DNA from: a bacterium
GTDB lineage: Bacteria > UBA8248
NCBI GenBank assembly: GCA_965221165.1
Contig: CBDCRP010000003.1
Span: forward strand, 2,081,924 to 2,145,923
Direction: 5' to 3'
Length of the DNA stretch: 64,000 bases
In this document: positions 39,778 through 51,747 of the stretch, piece after piece
How the letters are laid out: each line of letters starts with the position of its first letter
Numbering within the stretch: position 1 is the first letter of the stretch
Program-made: the position numbers and the translations under genes
The notes under the pieces: generated by a model
What the model was told of the DNA's origin: nothing
Databases searched by the model: none
The model's input: only the letters and a program-made list of their open reading frames with translations

Positions 39778-41316
39778 ATGCAGATTCGCGCCGAAGAAAT
39801 CAGCCAGATCATTCAGAAACAAATCGAGGGGTTCGACGCCTCGGTGGAACTCGCCGAAACCGGCACCGTCATTTCGGTGGGCGACGGCATCGCCCGCGTC
39901 TATGGCCTGGAGAAGTGCATGGCCGGTGAGTTGTTGGCCTTTCCCGGCGATTTGTACGGGATGGCGCTCAACCTGGAGACCGACAACGTCGGCGCCGTGC
40001 TCTTAGGCGATGATCGCGCCATCAAAGAGGGCGACGAGGTCCGGCGCACGGCCCGCATCGTTCAGGTGCCGGTCGGCAAGGCGCTGGCCGGCCGCGTCGT
40101 GAACGCGCTGGGCCAGCCCATCGACGGAAAAGGCCCCATCGAAACCGAGGATTCGCAAAACCTCGAGGTCATCGCCCCCGGCGTGGTCGATCGCCAGCCC
40201 GTGAAGGAGCCTCTACAGACCGGGATCAAGGCGATTGACGGCATGGTGCCGATCGGCCGAGGGCAGCGCGAACTCATCATCGGCGACAGGCAGACCGGCA
40301 AAACCGCCATCGCGATCGACGCCATCATCAACCAGAAGAGCACCGACGTGTATTGCATCTACGTCTGCACCGGCCAGAAGCGCTCCACGCTCGCGCAGGT
40401 GGTGGGCACACTGGAGGAATACGGCGCGATGGACTACACCGTCGTCGTGGCGGCCACGGCGTCCGACCCGGCGCCCTTGCAGTACATTTCGCCGTATGCG
40501 GGTTGCGCCATCGGCGAGTATTTCCGCGACAACGGCATGCACGCGCTGATCATCTACGACGATCTCTCGAAACAGGCGGCGGCCTATCGCCAGCTTTCCC
40601 TGATGCTCAGGCGTCCGCCGGGCCGCGAAGCCTATCCCGGAGACGTCTTCTACCTGCATTCCCGCTTGCTGGAGCGGGCGGCCAAGCTCAGCGACGGCCT
40701 CGGAGGCGGCTCGCTGACGGCCCTGCCCATCATCGAAACGCAGGCGGGAGACGTGTCGGCCTATATTCCCACGAACGTGATTTCCATCACCGACGGGCAG
40801 ATTTATCTCGAATCCGCACTGTTCCACTCGGGCATCCGGCCGGCCATCAACGTGGGCCTGTCCGTCTCTCGCGTGGGCGGCGCCGCCCAGAACAGGGCCA
40901 TGAAAAAAGTGGCCGGCACCTTGCGCCTCGATTTGGCGCAGTACCGCGAAATGGCGGCGTTCGCGCAGTTCGGCTCGGAGCTCGACGCGGCCACGCAGGC
41001 GCAGCTCGCCCGGGGTTCGCGCCTGACGGAGTTGCTCAAGCAGCCCCAGTATGCGCCCGAGGTGGTGCATCGCCAGATCATGTCGATCTTCCTCGGCACG
41101 CAAGGCTATCTCGACAGCGTGGATATCGATGACATCGAGAAGGTGAACAACGACTTCCTGACCTACATGGAGACGAGCCACGCGCAGTTGGTGAGCGACC
41201 TGGCGGAAAAACGCGAGTTGACCGACGAGATCACCGAGGGCTTGCGGGCCGCGTGCAAGGAATTCATGAAAACGCTCCAGACTGCGGAGCCCGAAGCCGC
41301 CGCCGTAGCGGAATAG
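39778..41316 (+). CDS. atpA: ATP synthase F1 alpha
   Basis: [29 protein letters not shown]. Confidence 0.98.
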   Translation: MQIRAEEISQIIQKQIEGFDASVELAETGTVISVGDGIARVYGLEKCMAGELLAFPGDLYGMALNLETDNVGAVLLGDDRAIKEGDEVRRTARIVQVPVGKALAGRVVNALGQPIDGKGPIETEDSQNLEVIAPGVVDRQPVKEPLQTGIKAIDGMVPIGRGQRELIIGDRQTGKTAIAIDAIINQKSTDVYCIYVCTGQKRSTLAQVVGTLEEYGAMDYTVVVAATASDPAPLQYISPYAGCAIGEYFRDNGMHALIIYDDLSKQAAAYRQLSLMLRRPPGREAYPGDVFYLHSRLLERAAKLSDGLGGGSLTALPIIETQAGDVSAYIPTNVISITDGQIYLESALFHSGIRPAINVGLSVSRVGGAAQNRAMKKVAGTLRLDLAQYREMAAFAQFGSELDAATQAQLARGSRLTELLKQPQYAPEVVHRQIMSIFLGTQGYLDSVDIDDIEKVNNDFLTYMETSHAQLVSDLAEKRELTDEITEGLRAACKEFMKTLQTAEPEAAAVAE

Positions 41317-41323
41317 GTAGAAA

Positions 41324-42205
41324 ATGGCGTCTACAAGAGATTTCAAGCGCCGCATACGCAGCGTCAAGAATACCCAGCAGATTACGCGCGCCATGAAGCT
41401 CGTGGCGGCTTCGAAGGTGCGGAGAGCACAGGAGCGCATCGAAAGCGCCCGGCCCTACAGCGAGAAGATGGAAGAGTTGGTGAATTCCCTGGCCGCCAAA
41501 GTGGCGGCGGACACACACCCCCTTCTTCGGGACGACATGAAGGACGACAGTGTGCTTCTGCTCGTCATCACCTCGGACAAGGGCCTATGCGGGGGATACA
41601 ACACGAACCTGCTTCGCCAGGCCTTTCAGTTCCTGAGGAAGCGCGAGGACGAGGGCAAGGAAACCGAAATCATCGTCGTCGGCCGCAAGGGCCGGGATTT
41701 CCTGGCGCGCAGGGAGTTTGCGTTCAAAGAGCAGTTCACGGACGTTTACGGAAAAATCGACTTCGCCCTCGCCTCCCAACTGGCCGAAATCATGACCAGG
41801 GCGTACCTCGAAGAGAGTTTCGATGAGGTCCACATCATCACCACGGAGTTCAGGACGATTCTGAGCCAAAGCCCGAGGCTCTCGCGTCTCCTGCCCCTGG
41901 CCCCTCCGGCGCCCGAGTCGGTCGACGCGCAAGGAGAGCCCGTGGCGGCGGAGTATATTTATGAACCCTCGATGGAGGGTGTGCTGGACAGCATCTTGCC
42001 GAGACATTTGCGGGTGCAGGTTTACAGGTCGCTTCTCGACGCGGAGGCGAGCGAGTTCGGCGCCCGGATGACGGCGATGGACAACGCGTCCAGAAACGCG
42101 GAGGAGATGATCGGGACGCTGACGTTGCAGATGAACCGCGTGCGCCAGGCGTCGATCACCACGGAGTTGCTCGAAGTGGTCGCCGGCGCCGAGGCGTTGG
42201 CGTAA
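41324..42205 (+). CDS. atpG: ATP synthase F1 gamma
   Basis: [32 protein letters not shown]. Confidence 0.97.
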   Translation: MASTRDFKRRIRSVKNTQQITRAMKLVAASKVRRAQERIESARPYSEKMEELVNSLAAKVAADTHPLLRDDMKDDSVLLLVITSDKGLCGGYNTNLLRQAFQFLRKREDEGKETEIIVVGRKGRDFLARREFAFKEQFTDVYGKIDFALASQLAEIMTRAYLEESFDEVHIITTEFRTILSQSPRLSRLLPLAPPAPESVDAQGEPVAAEYIYEPSMEGVLDSILPRHLRVQVYRSLLDAEASEFGARMTAMDNASRNAEEMIGTLTLQMNRVRQASITTELLEVVAGAEALA

Positions 42206-42234
42206 AGGATTCGAAAGCGAGAAAACATCCCTGA

Positions 42235-43713
<1,479 letters not shown>

Positions 43714-43714
43714 A

Positions 43715-44140
43715 ATGGTTGAAGGTAAGATGATGCTCGACATCGTAACGCCGGAGCGCAAGCTCGTCTCCGCAGAAGTGGATGAAGTGACGGCCCCCGG
43801 GTTTTACGGTGAATTCGGCGTATTGCCCCAGCACACGCCCTACCTGTGCCAGCTCGGCGTCGGCGTGCTCAGCTACCGCACGGCTAGCGCCAGGTATTTC
43901 GTCTCGATCATCGAGGGATACGCCGAGGTGGGACCCGAGAAGATAACCATCCTCGCGGAGAGCGCCGAGCGGGCGGAAGACATCGATACACCGCGCGCGG
44001 AGGAATCGCGCCAGCGCGCGCAGGAGCGCATGGGGGGTCAGAAGACCGGGGAGGAACTCGATTTCGCTCGGACCGAGTTGTCCTTGAAGCGCGCCATCGC
44101 CCGCATTTCCGTGGCGAACCAAAGCGGCCTCAACAACTAG
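43715..44140 (+). CDS. atpC: ATP synthase F1 epsilon
   Basis: IVTPE, GEFGVLP.H.P, C-terminal helical hairpin. Confidence 0.95.
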   Translation: MVEGKMMLDIVTPERKLVSAEVDEVTAPGFYGEFGVLPQHTPYLCQLGVGVLSYRTASARYFVSIIEGYAEVGPEKITILAESAERAEDIDTPRAEESRQRAQERMGGQKTGEELDFARTELSLKRAIARISVANQSGLNN

Positions 44141-44154
44141 CGGATTTCTCGCAT

Positions 44155-44201
44155 GAGGGCTGTCGCTTACCCGAGGGGGTGAATGACAGCCCTCTTTTTT
44201 T
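44155..44201 (+). terminator. Rho-independent terminator of the atp operon
   Basis: GAGGGCTGTC...GACAGCCCTC followed by a T run. Confidence 0.8.
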
Positions 44202-44316
44202 GTCATATACCTGAGTCTGAGGCCGAAAACCGCGCCTTGAGCAGATGGTGCAGCGGGCGTGGCCACCCCCGATACGCCGTCTCAAGTGGACGTTTTGTTT
44301 CATAGGAGATGATGTC

Positions 44317-44760
44317 ATGAAAACCTTGTCCCTCGTTGTTATCGCGTTCGTGATGTCGCTCGCCCTGGCGGCGCCCTCCCACCCGGCGGGCGACCCCAAG
44401 CCCGAAATGGCCGGACAGAACTATTCTCAAGGAGAGGAAAAAGCGCGGCAGGGAAAATGGGAAGAAGCGGCGGCTCTGTTCCGAAAGGTGATCGAAGAAG
44501 ACGGGCAGCATTACAAGGCCTTGAACATGCTGGGCTACTCCTTGCGGAAGATGGGCAAGGCGAAAGAGGCCATCGCCGCCTACGATAGGGCGCTCTCCAT
44601 CAAGCCCGACTATGCGCCCGCCCTCGAATACAGGGGCGTCGCCCACGTCATGGCCGGGAACAGGGCGGCCGCCCTGGCGGATTTGCAAAAGCTCAAGAGT
44701 CTGGGTTCTCCCCTCGCCGAGGATTTGGGGAAGAAGATCGCGGCCATGCCTGCCAACTGA
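44317..44760 (+). CDS. Exported TPR protein
   Basis: AGGAG RBS, signal peptide, TPR repeats (LNMLGY..R..G...EA..AY..AL...PDY). Confidence 0.85.
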   Translation: MKTLSLVVIAFVMSLALAAPSHPAGDPKPEMAGQNYSQGEEKARQGKWEEAAALFRKVIEEDGQHYKALNMLGYSLRKMGKAKEAIAAYDRALSIKPDYAPALEYRGVAHVMAGNRAAALADLQKLKSLGSPLAEDLGKKIAAMPAN

Positions 44761-44777
44761 TTTTTGGAATCGCAAGA

Positions 44778-44813
44778 GCCGCCCCGCGGGATTATCCAGC
44801 GGGGCGGTTTTTT
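44778..44813. terminator. Hairpin terminator between convergent genes
   Basis: GCCGCCCCGC..GCGGGGCGGT followed by a T run. Confidence 0.65.
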
Positions 44814-46002
44814 ATATGCGCATGAACTTCATGGGAAATTTCTGGAGAGCGCGCGCGCCGGTCTTGGTGACTTCCACGAGGTTTCCCACCTGAAGGCCCC
44901 GTTTGCCGTCCGCCGTGCAGACGTTGGGCTGAATCACCATGAGCATCCCTTCCGTGAAGGTGATCTCGTTCTGCGGGCGCTTGAGAATGGTGGCGCCCAC
45001 GTCGACGCGGGGGTTTTCGATGAGCAGGCCCCACCCGTGAAAAGTGGTGTCGAAGGTGGTGAAGCCCTCCTCCTCGATGATGGCGCCCGCGCGCTTTATG
45101 TCCTCATGCGTGTTGCCTGGTTTGAGCGCCTTGAATATCCGCTCGTAGGCCTCGACGGCCACCTCGTAGAGTTTCCGGTAGATGGGCGTCGGCGCAACCC
45201 CTACGGAAATGGGCCGGTGCGCCTGGCCGGGGTGCATTTCATAATCGGCGGATAGCTCCGTCAGCACGATGTCGCCTTTTCTGATCTTCCGGTGGGAGGG
45301 GAACTGGTTGGGGAAAATCAGTTGGGGTCTCGCCATGGAGGTCGAACCCACGAAAATAAGTTGCGGGCTTCCTCCCCTGGGCACGTATGCTCCGGAGATG
45401 ACGGCGGCGAGTTCGAACTCGCTCATGCCTATCTTCGCTTTTTCGTCCAGGGCCTCGAAGGCCAGATCCGTCAAGGCCGCCCCGCGCCTGAACCACTTGA
45501 GTTCTTCTGCGCTCTTGGTGAGCCGCACTTCGGCCAGAATATCGGAAGCGTCGGTGAAGCTCGCGCCTTTCAAGGTTTTTCGCCAGTGGTCCACCACGCT
45601 GAACGGCATGGACACGGGCAGAATGCCGCGAAAGCCGACCAGGCCGATGGTTCCTTTCTCAAGCCCCAGTTCGCGAATACGGCCTTCGACCTTGAGGCCC
45701 GGCTCATAATCCACGGCTTCTGTTTTCTTGATGACGCTCATCTTTTTCGCGTAGGGGAGATAGAGCCGGTTCGACATGAAAAGGGCGGGTGCGCCCCTGA
45801 GGGGAAAGACGAAAAAACTGCTCACCGGGTCCTTGTAGTTCGTGACGTATTTGAGGTTGGCCTGGTTGCCGCCCTGCATGCCCGAATCCCCGTAGAATAT
45901 GAGCGCATCGATTCCCCCCGCGCGCATCCTTTTTCTGATCGCACGGTAGCGTCGGGCGTATTCGGCTTTCGGGTAGCGGGGGTGGTCTTTCAGCGAGGCC
46001 AT
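44812..46002 (-). CDS. M24 (Xaa-Pro peptidase/creatinase-like) family protein
   Basis: EY.RRY..IR..M, KS.EEL, HGWG, EGM...QPN; canonical metal ligands are atypical. Confidence 0.8.
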   Translation of the reverse strand: MASLKDHPRYPKAEYARRYRAIRKRMRAGGIDALIFYGDSGMQGGNQANLKYVTNYKDPVSSFFVFPLRGAPALFMSNRLYLPYAKKMSVIKKTEAVDYEPGLKVEGRIRELGLEKGTIGLVGFRGILPVSMPFSVVDHWRKTLKGASFTDASDILAEVRLTKSAEELKWFRRGAALTDLAFEALDEKAKIGMSEFELAAVISGAYVPRGGSPQLIFVGSTSMARPQLIFPNQFPSHRKIRKGDIVLTELSADYEMHPGQAHRPISVGVAPTPIYRKLYEVAVEAYERIFKALKPGNTHEDIKRAGAIIEEEGFTTFDTTFHGWGLLIENPRVDVGATILKRPQNEITFTEGMLMVIQPNVCTADGKRGLQVGNLVEVTKTGARALQKFPMKFMRI

Positions 46003-46033
46003 TTTGGTATCTCCTTTCGGGTTCGGGAGCGTC

Positions 46034-47041
46034 CTATGCTTTCAGCGCGGGCATGAGTTCGTCGGAAATGAGCCGCGCGCTTTCCAGTGCCGAGGAGGCG
46101 GGCATGCCGATCCAGTGTGTGCGGATGATGAGGTGGTTCACGCCCATATCCTTGTAGGGTTTCAGTTCCTCGTAGCAATCCTCCGGCGAGCCGATGACGA
46201 AGCGGTCCTTCAGCAACTCCTCGAAAGGCTGGTCGAAGGTCTCATCCTCGGGCAGAGCCTTATCCTGCCCCCAGCGGGCGTAATCCTTGTATTTCTGGCC
46301 GAGGTAGGGGCCGGCGAGCTCCAGCGCCGTTTTCCTGTCCTTGGCGCAAAAGACCTCCTTCATGCAGGGAAGATCCTCAGGCATGGGTTTACCCGCCTCC
46401 GCCAGGCCTTCGCGGTAGACGTCCATCTGGCGCGCGATGGTCCCCGTGGTGGCGTGGGGGTTGATGAGAAGCGTGTCGCCCATGTGCGCCGCGCGTTTTA
46501 CGGCCGGGTCGCTGTTCGCCGCGAACCAGATGGGGGGATGGGGCTTTTGCACGGGGCGCATGTTCATGCGCACGTCTTCGAGCGTGCAGTATTCGCTCTT
46601 AAACGATACGGATTCTTCCGTCCAGAGGCGCTTCACCAGTTCGAGACAGTCCACGAAGCGCTTCACCCGCTCGCCCCGCCTCACGCCGAAGGCGTCGAAC
46701 TCCACGTCGCGGTAGCCCAGGCCTACGCCGAACGCCATGTTGCCCTCGGCGATGACGTCCATGGTGGCGACGGTCTCCGCCACGTAGACCGGGTTGTGCA
46801 GGTTGATGAGCAAAACGCCGATGCCGAGCATCATATAGCCGGCCTCGGCCTTTAAGCGCGCCAGAAAGGGCAGGTTCTGTAAGTGCTGCACGTTGCCCTC
46901 GCTCAAGTAGTGCTGGCCGGTGAAAAAAGAATCCCAACCCTTGTCGCGCGTCAGGCGAACCAGGTCGATTTGAGAGCGGAACGCGTCGAGCAGATTGGCG
47001 TCCAGGGTCTGCTGTGCGGACAGAAAGATGCCGAATTTCAT
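46034..47041 (-). CDS. LLM-class flavin-dependent oxidoreductase
   Basis: NPV.VAE..AT.D, GVGLGYR..EF, PVQKPHPPIW, IGSPE motifs. Confidence 0.9.
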   Translation of the reverse strand: MKFGIFLSAQQTLDANLLDAFRSQIDLVRLTRDKGWDSFFTGQHYLSEGNVQHLQNLPFLARLKAEAGYMMLGIGVLLINLHNPVYVAETVATMDVIAEGNMAFGVGLGYRDVEFDAFGVRRGERVKRFVDCLELVKRLWTEESVSFKSEYCTLEDVRMNMRPVQKPHPPIWFAANSDPAVKRAAHMGDTLLINPHATTGTIARQMDVYREGLAEAGKPMPEDLPCMKEVFCAKDRKTALELAGPYLGQKYKDYARWGQDKALPEDETFDQPFEELLKDRFVIGSPEDCYEELKPYKDMGVNHLIIRTHWIGMPASSALESARLISDELMPALKA

Positions 47042-47079
47042 GTCTGAACCTCAGAAAAAGCGTTTTATCCGTGAAGGTG

Positions 47080-47116
47080 TAAAAAAACCGCGGGGGCGTT
47101 CAGCCACCCCCCGCGG
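47080..47116 (-). terminator. Rho-independent terminator after the substrate-binding protein gene
   Basis: CCGCGGGGG...CCCCCGCGG with an A run on the + strand (U run on -). Confidence 0.7.
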
Positions 47117-47139
47117 CGTGATGCAGTGAAAACACCCGC

Positions 47140-48669
47140 TTAGTTCATGCCGAGCACTCCGATCTCCCAGGGGAGGAGCGTCTCGTCGTGGCGCGGGATC
47201 CATTTCAGGTTCGAGCCATGGCCGAGCACGTCGTGGATTTTCACGACGATCTTGTGCGTGGCCAACGCTTTCATCTTGTCGGTCACGCCCTCGAATGCCA
47301 TCTGCTGTTTTTTCGGGTCGACGGTGGCCGTGGCCGCGTCGATCGCCTTATCCAGCTCCTTGAAGCACATGCCGCTCCAGGGGCCTTTGCAGCTCGACGT
47401 TCCGCGAAGCACGGAGGTGGAATCGCCCTGGCCGTTGCCGAAGCCCATGTAGTAGGCCGCAGCGCCTTTTCTCTTGCCGGCCTTATAAGCGCGGTGCAGC
47501 TTTTTGAAGAGCGGGAAGCGCTGGGAGTTACACGTGGCGTTCACGCCGACTTTCTTGATCATGCCGGCAATGGCTTCGCACGTGGGCTTGTCGCCCGGGT
47601 AACGGCCGTTCGTGGCGATGAGTTCCATCTTGAAGCCCTTGCCGTAGCCGGCTTCCTTCAAGAGGGCTTTGGCCTTGGCCGGGTCGTGGCCGTACCATTT
47701 TTTCTTCGGGTTATAGCCCGAGTAGTTCCAGGGGTGGAGCATCTGACCGAAGAGGTCGGCGCGTCCGCCCAGGATGGTCGTGCGAATGGCTTCCGCGTCG
47801 ATGGCGTAGTTGATCGCCTTGCGTACTTTCACGTTGGCCATCGGGCCGCCGTGTTTCGTGAAGAAGCCCATGTGCATGATGCGCACGGCGGGGACGACGG
47901 CGACTTTCGTCTTCGGGTTTTTCTCGAGCTGGGGGATGAATTGCGGCATGATGCCCCAGGCCACGTCGATCTCGCCCGCCTGAAGCGCCTTGGCGCGCGT
48001 GGCGCTCTCGCGGATGCGGCGGAGGATGACGCGCTGCGGCCGTTTCGGGAAGTTCTTGTTGTTCCACCAGTTCGGGTTCGCGTCGAACACCATCTTCTGA
48101 CCCTTGGTCCAGGATTTGAGGACGTAGGGGCCCGTGCCGTAGGTGTTGCGAGAGATGTGGGCGAGTTCCATGCCCTTGGTCTTCAGGCTGATGGGGCCGG
48201 CCCAGCGGGTCAGACGGTTCCACATGCCGCCGTCGTGTTCTTTGTTGTGATAGATGAAGGTGTTGTCGTCGATGACTTCGATTTTATCGATGTTCTTGAA
48301 GTACTGCCTTTGCCGCGCGGATTTCATGATGCGGCTGATGGTGTACTTGAAACTCTCCGCCGTGAAGGGCGTGCCATCCGAGAACTTGACGCCCTTTCTC
48401 AGATGGAACTTCCATTTCAGGGGGGTGAGTTGAACCCACTTCGTGGCGAGCCAGGGCTTTTTCGCGCCCGTTCCGGTCTCAGAATGAAGAAGGGTATCAT
48501 AGCTCCAACGCCAGACCATAGCACCAACGAAGTTCGAGACGCGGTGCGGGTCCATCGTCGGGGGTTCGCCCGTCAAGGCGATGGTGACGGTGCTTTTCGC
48601 ATGAGCCGTCATGGGCGCGCCCACCGCCAGAATGGCGAAGACGGCCAGGATTACAAGAAACTTGCGCAT
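47140..48669 (-). CDS. ABC transporter substrate-binding protein (family 5)
   Basis: Signal peptide, F.LRKGVKFSDGTPFTA, GTGPY, VRKAINYAID. Confidence 0.92.
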   Translation of the reverse strand: MRKFLVILAVFAILAVGAPMTAHAKSTVTIALTGEPPTMDPHRVSNFVGAMVWRWSYDTLLHSETGTGAKKPWLATKWVQLTPLKWKFHLRKGVKFSDGTPFTAESFKYTISRIMKSARQRQYFKNIDKIEVIDDNTFIYHNKEHDGGMWNRLTRWAGPISLKTKGMELAHISRNTYGTGPYVLKSWTKGQKMVFDANPNWWNNKNFPKRPQRVILRRIRESATRAKALQAGEIDVAWGIMPQFIPQLEKNPKTKVAVVPAVRIMHMGFFTKHGGPMANVKVRKAINYAIDAEAIRTTILGGRADLFGQMLHPWNYSGYNPKKKWYGHDPAKAKALLKEAGYGKGFKMELIATNGRYPGDKPTCEAIAGMIKKVGVNATCNSQRFPLFKKLHRAYKAGKRKGAAAYYMGFGNGQGDSTSVLRGTSSCKGPWSGMCFKELDKAIDAATATVDPKKQQMAFEGVTDKMKALATHKIVVKIHDVLGHGSNLKWIPRHDETLLPWEIGVLGMN

Positions 48670-48935
48670 TGGTTTTCCTCCTTTGGGAAAAGAACAGGTT
48701 CCAAAACCTTACCCTTTCGAAGATGGGCAATCCATCTTCTTTCATCAATCACCGAACCTGTGATGATTTTGTATTTTGACTACCGGATATCCGAATTTAT
48801 CATGGTTGCGAATATAGCGTCAAAGCGAAAAAGGGTTTTTCACACCGCGTGGTTTCCTTGTGAACGCACAGGCGTTGCATGTATGTTCCTCGCATTGCGA
48901 AATTCATGAATTATAAGAAGAATAGGAGGCTTTTC

Positions 48936-49220
48936 ATGGCGGCGGAGAACATCATCGGCTCGTGGTTCCGGTATTTTCCGGAGCATTATCTGTGGTCGCA
49001 GTCGATGAGCGGGCAGATCTGCATCACCCACGGGCAGGACGACGACATCGTGCCGGTCGAGATGGCCCACAGGCTGTATGATGCGTGCGGCTCCAAAGAG
49101 AAAGAACTCAAAATTTTCACCGTCGAGGACGGCGGGAGCCAGCATTGCGTGTTCGACAATCTGGCGATGTGCGGCGGCTGGATTGCGGATTGGTGGATGG
49201 ACAGGTTCGAGGCGGCGTAG
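48936..49220 (+). pseudogene. Internally deleted alpha/beta hydrolase remnant
   Basis: Strong AGGAGG RBS; N-terminal WFRYFP.HY.WS joined directly to the C-terminal HG..D..VP...LKIFT..DGG..HC..DN segment; no nucleophile elbow. Confidence 0.65.
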
Positions 49221-49232
49221 GACTGCTTTTTC

Positions 49233-49268
49233 AGGCGGGGGTTTACTATCTCAGAAACCCCCGCCTTT
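49233..49268. terminator. Hairpin/terminator
   Basis: AGGCGGGGGTTT...AAACCCCCGCCT. Confidence 0.6.
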
Positions 49269-49296
49269 ATCTTGTTCGAATTACAAGGAGAAGAAA

Positions 49297-49704
49297 ATGG
49301 CGGAGGAAACGAGAGAAGAAAAGGTAAGGCGCATCACGGAGAAAATTCATGGGGACAGGGGGTTCGTGTATGACGTGCTCGGCTTCGGCGCGCAACTGGA
49401 CCCGGATTATTTCGAGGTCTACTCGGAGATGCACTGGGGGTTTTTCAAGGAGAAGCCGCGCCATCTGGAGCCCAAGACGCGCGAACTCATCGAAATCGGC
49501 CTGCTCGCCTTCAAGGGCATGAAGCACGAGGTCTACACCCACACGAAAAAGGCGCTGCGCCTCGGCGCGACGATGGAAGAGGCGCTCGAGGCGTTCGAGG
49601 TGGCGAGCATCGGAGGCGGTGCGCCCGTGCTGATGGAGGGCCTCTATGCGCTTAAGCGCATCGCCGACGAGCAGGCCGAAGAGGAGAAGGCGAATTCCGG
49701 CTGA
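49297..49704 (+). CDS. CMD/AhpD family protein
   Basis: AAGGAG RBS; L.PKTRELI, H.K.ALRLGAT.EE, GG.P motifs. Confidence 0.85.
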   Translation: MAEETREEKVRRITEKIHGDRGFVYDVLGFGAQLDPDYFEVYSEMHWGFFKEKPRHLEPKTRELIEIGLLAFKGMKHEVYTHTKKALRLGATMEEALEAFEVASIGGGAPVLMEGLYALKRIADEQAEEEKANSG

Positions 49705-49789
49705 GCGCTGGCCCGACGGGGTGATTTGTGAGAGTCTTGAGATCTCCGGACGAGAAAAAACCATCCTCCCGCGTGAAGGAGAATACCTT

Positions 49790-50758
49790 TTGGCTGAAGA
49801 AAAAGCGCCTTTGAGCGATGAGCGCATGCAGGTTATGTACCGCGACATGCTGCGCATACGAAGGTTCGAGGAAACGGCGTTCGAGTTGTTCGATAAGGGG
49901 GAGGTCGTGGGCGGCATCCACGTGAGCGTCGGGCAGGAAGGCTGTTCGGTCGGCGCGTGCAGCGCGCTTAGGGAAGACGATGCGATTCTCACCACCCACC
50001 GGGGCCACGGCCATTCCATCGCCAAGGGCACGCGCCTGCCCGAGATGATGGCGGAGCTTCTGGGCAAGGCGACCGGCCTTTGCCACGCCAAGGGTGGCTC
50101 CATGCACATCGCCGACGTGTCGAAGGGCCACTACGGCGCGCATTCCATCGTCGGCTCGAACATGCCCATGGCGGTGGGCATCGGCTTGGCCTTTCATTTC
50201 GAGGGGAAAGGACAGGTGGCCGTCGTCTTCTTCGGCGACGGCGCAGCGAACGAGGGCAGCTTTCACGAGTCGGTGAATCTGGCCTCGATATGGAAACTCC
50301 CCGTCATCTTCTTTTGCGAGAACAACCACTTCGCCTCGAGCACCCGGGTGGGGTACGCCACCTCGGTGGCGGACATCAGCGCGCGGGCGGGGGGGTATGA
50401 CATTCCCGGCGTGACGGTGGACGGCATGGACGTGCTGGCGGTTCACGAGGTGATGGTCGAGGCAGTGGACCGCGCGAGGAGGGGGCTTGGACCCAGCCTG
50501 ATTGAGGCGAAAACCTATCGGTATTTCGGCCATTCGAGAAAAGACCCGCAGTTCGGGCCGTACAGGACGGAGGATGAGTGGAACGAGTGGAAGGCGAAAG
50601 ACCCCCTGCTCGTGGCGGAGGAAATACTCGGCGTGAGCGATGCGCAGAAAAAAGCGCACCTCGACGCGGTGGAGGATGAACTGAAAGATGCGCTCGCCTT
50701 CGCGCGGCAAAGTCCCGAGCCCGAACCCGATGATGTGTATGAGGATCTATATGCCTGA
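49790..50758 (+). CDS. TPP-dependent dehydrogenase E1 alpha subunit, copy 1
   Basis: HRGHGH, GGSMH, GDGA...ENN, TYRYFGHS; TTG start after AAGGAG. Confidence 0.92.
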   Translation: MAEEKAPLSDERMQVMYRDMLRIRRFEETAFELFDKGEVVGGIHVSVGQEGCSVGACSALREDDAILTTHRGHGHSIAKGTRLPEMMAELLGKATGLCHAKGGSMHIADVSKGHYGAHSIVGSNMPMAVGIGLAFHFEGKGQVAVVFFGDGAANEGSFHESVNLASIWKLPVIFFCENNHFASSTRVGYATSVADISARAGGYDIPGVTVDGMDVLAVHEVMVEAVDRARRGLGPSLIEAKTYRYFGHSRKDPQFGPYRTEDEWNEWKAKDPLLVAEEILGVSDAQKKAHLDAVEDELKDALAFARQSPEPEPDDVYEDLYA

Positions 50759-50765
50759 GGTGAAG

Positions 50766-51737
50766 ATGCGCACTATTTCATACGCGACTGCGATTAACGA
50801 GGCGCTCCATGAGGAAATGGAGCGCGATGAAAAAGTATTCCTGATGGGTGAGGACGTGGCGCTTTCTTCCATCTCTCCCGCCTCGGCGGGCCTGGGCGAC
50901 AGGTTCGGCCATGAGCGCGTGCGCAACACGCCCATCAGCGAACTGGGCTTCACCGGAGCTGCCGTCGGCGCCGCGATGGCGGGCTACCGGCCCGTGCTCG
51001 ACATACGGCGCATCGATTTCATGATGCTGGCCATCGACCCCATCGCGAACCAGGCGGCCAAGCTGCGCTACATGCTCGGCGGCCAGGTGAGCGTGCCCCT
51101 GGTGATCAGGGCGCCCGAGGGCGGCGGTTCCCAGAACGGCCCGACGCACAGCCAGTGTCTCGAGGCCTGGTTCATCCAGGTGCCGGGTCTGCGCGTCATC
51201 GTGCCGAGCGACCCGGCGGATGTGAAGGGGCTTTTGAAATCCGCCATCAGGGAGGATAACCCCGTGCTCTTCGTGGAGTACCGCGCGCTCTACTCCCTGG
51301 AAGGCCCCGTGCCGGAGGGGGATCATACCGAGCCCATCGGGGTGGCGGCGGTGAAAAGAGAGGGCTCGGACATCACGCTCATCGGGGTGGGAAGCCAGGC
51401 GCGCAATTGCCTCGAAGCGGCGGATTTACTCGCCGGGGAGGGCGTCCACGCCGAGGTGGTGGATCCCAGAACCATCAATCCCCTGGACGCGGAAGGGCTT
51501 GCGGCCTCTGTCCGGAAAACGGGGAGGTGCGTGGTAGCCGAAGAAGGACACAAAAGCGGCGGAGTGGGCGCCGAGATCGCGGCCTCGGTTCAGGAAGCTG
51601 CTTTCGGCGCGCTCAAGGCGCCCGTCACCCGCGTGGCGGCTCTCGACGTGCCCGTGCCCGTTCACGCGAAACTAGAAGCCATCGTCCTGCCCAGCACGGA
51701 GAAAATCGTGGCGGCGGCGAAAAAGATACTTTCATAG
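50766..51737 (+). CDS. TPP-dependent dehydrogenase E1 beta subunit, copy 1
   Basis: MGEDV, NTPISE, HSQ.LE, EDNPV motifs. Confidence 0.92.
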   Translation: MRTISYATAINEALHEEMERDEKVFLMGEDVALSSISPASAGLGDRFGHERVRNTPISELGFTGAAVGAAMAGYRPVLDIRRIDFMMLAIDPIANQAAKLRYMLGGQVSVPLVIRAPEGGGSQNGPTHSQCLEAWFIQVPGLRVIVPSDPADVKGLLKSAIREDNPVLFVEYRALYSLEGPVPEGDHTEPIGVAAVKREGSDITLIGVGSQARNCLEAADLLAGEGVHAEVVDPRTINPLDAEGLAASVRKTGRCVVAEEGHKSGGVGAEIAASVQEAAFGALKAPVTRVAALDVPVPVHAKLEAIVLPSTEKIVAAAKKILS

Positions 51738-51747
51738 AGGGTTTGTC

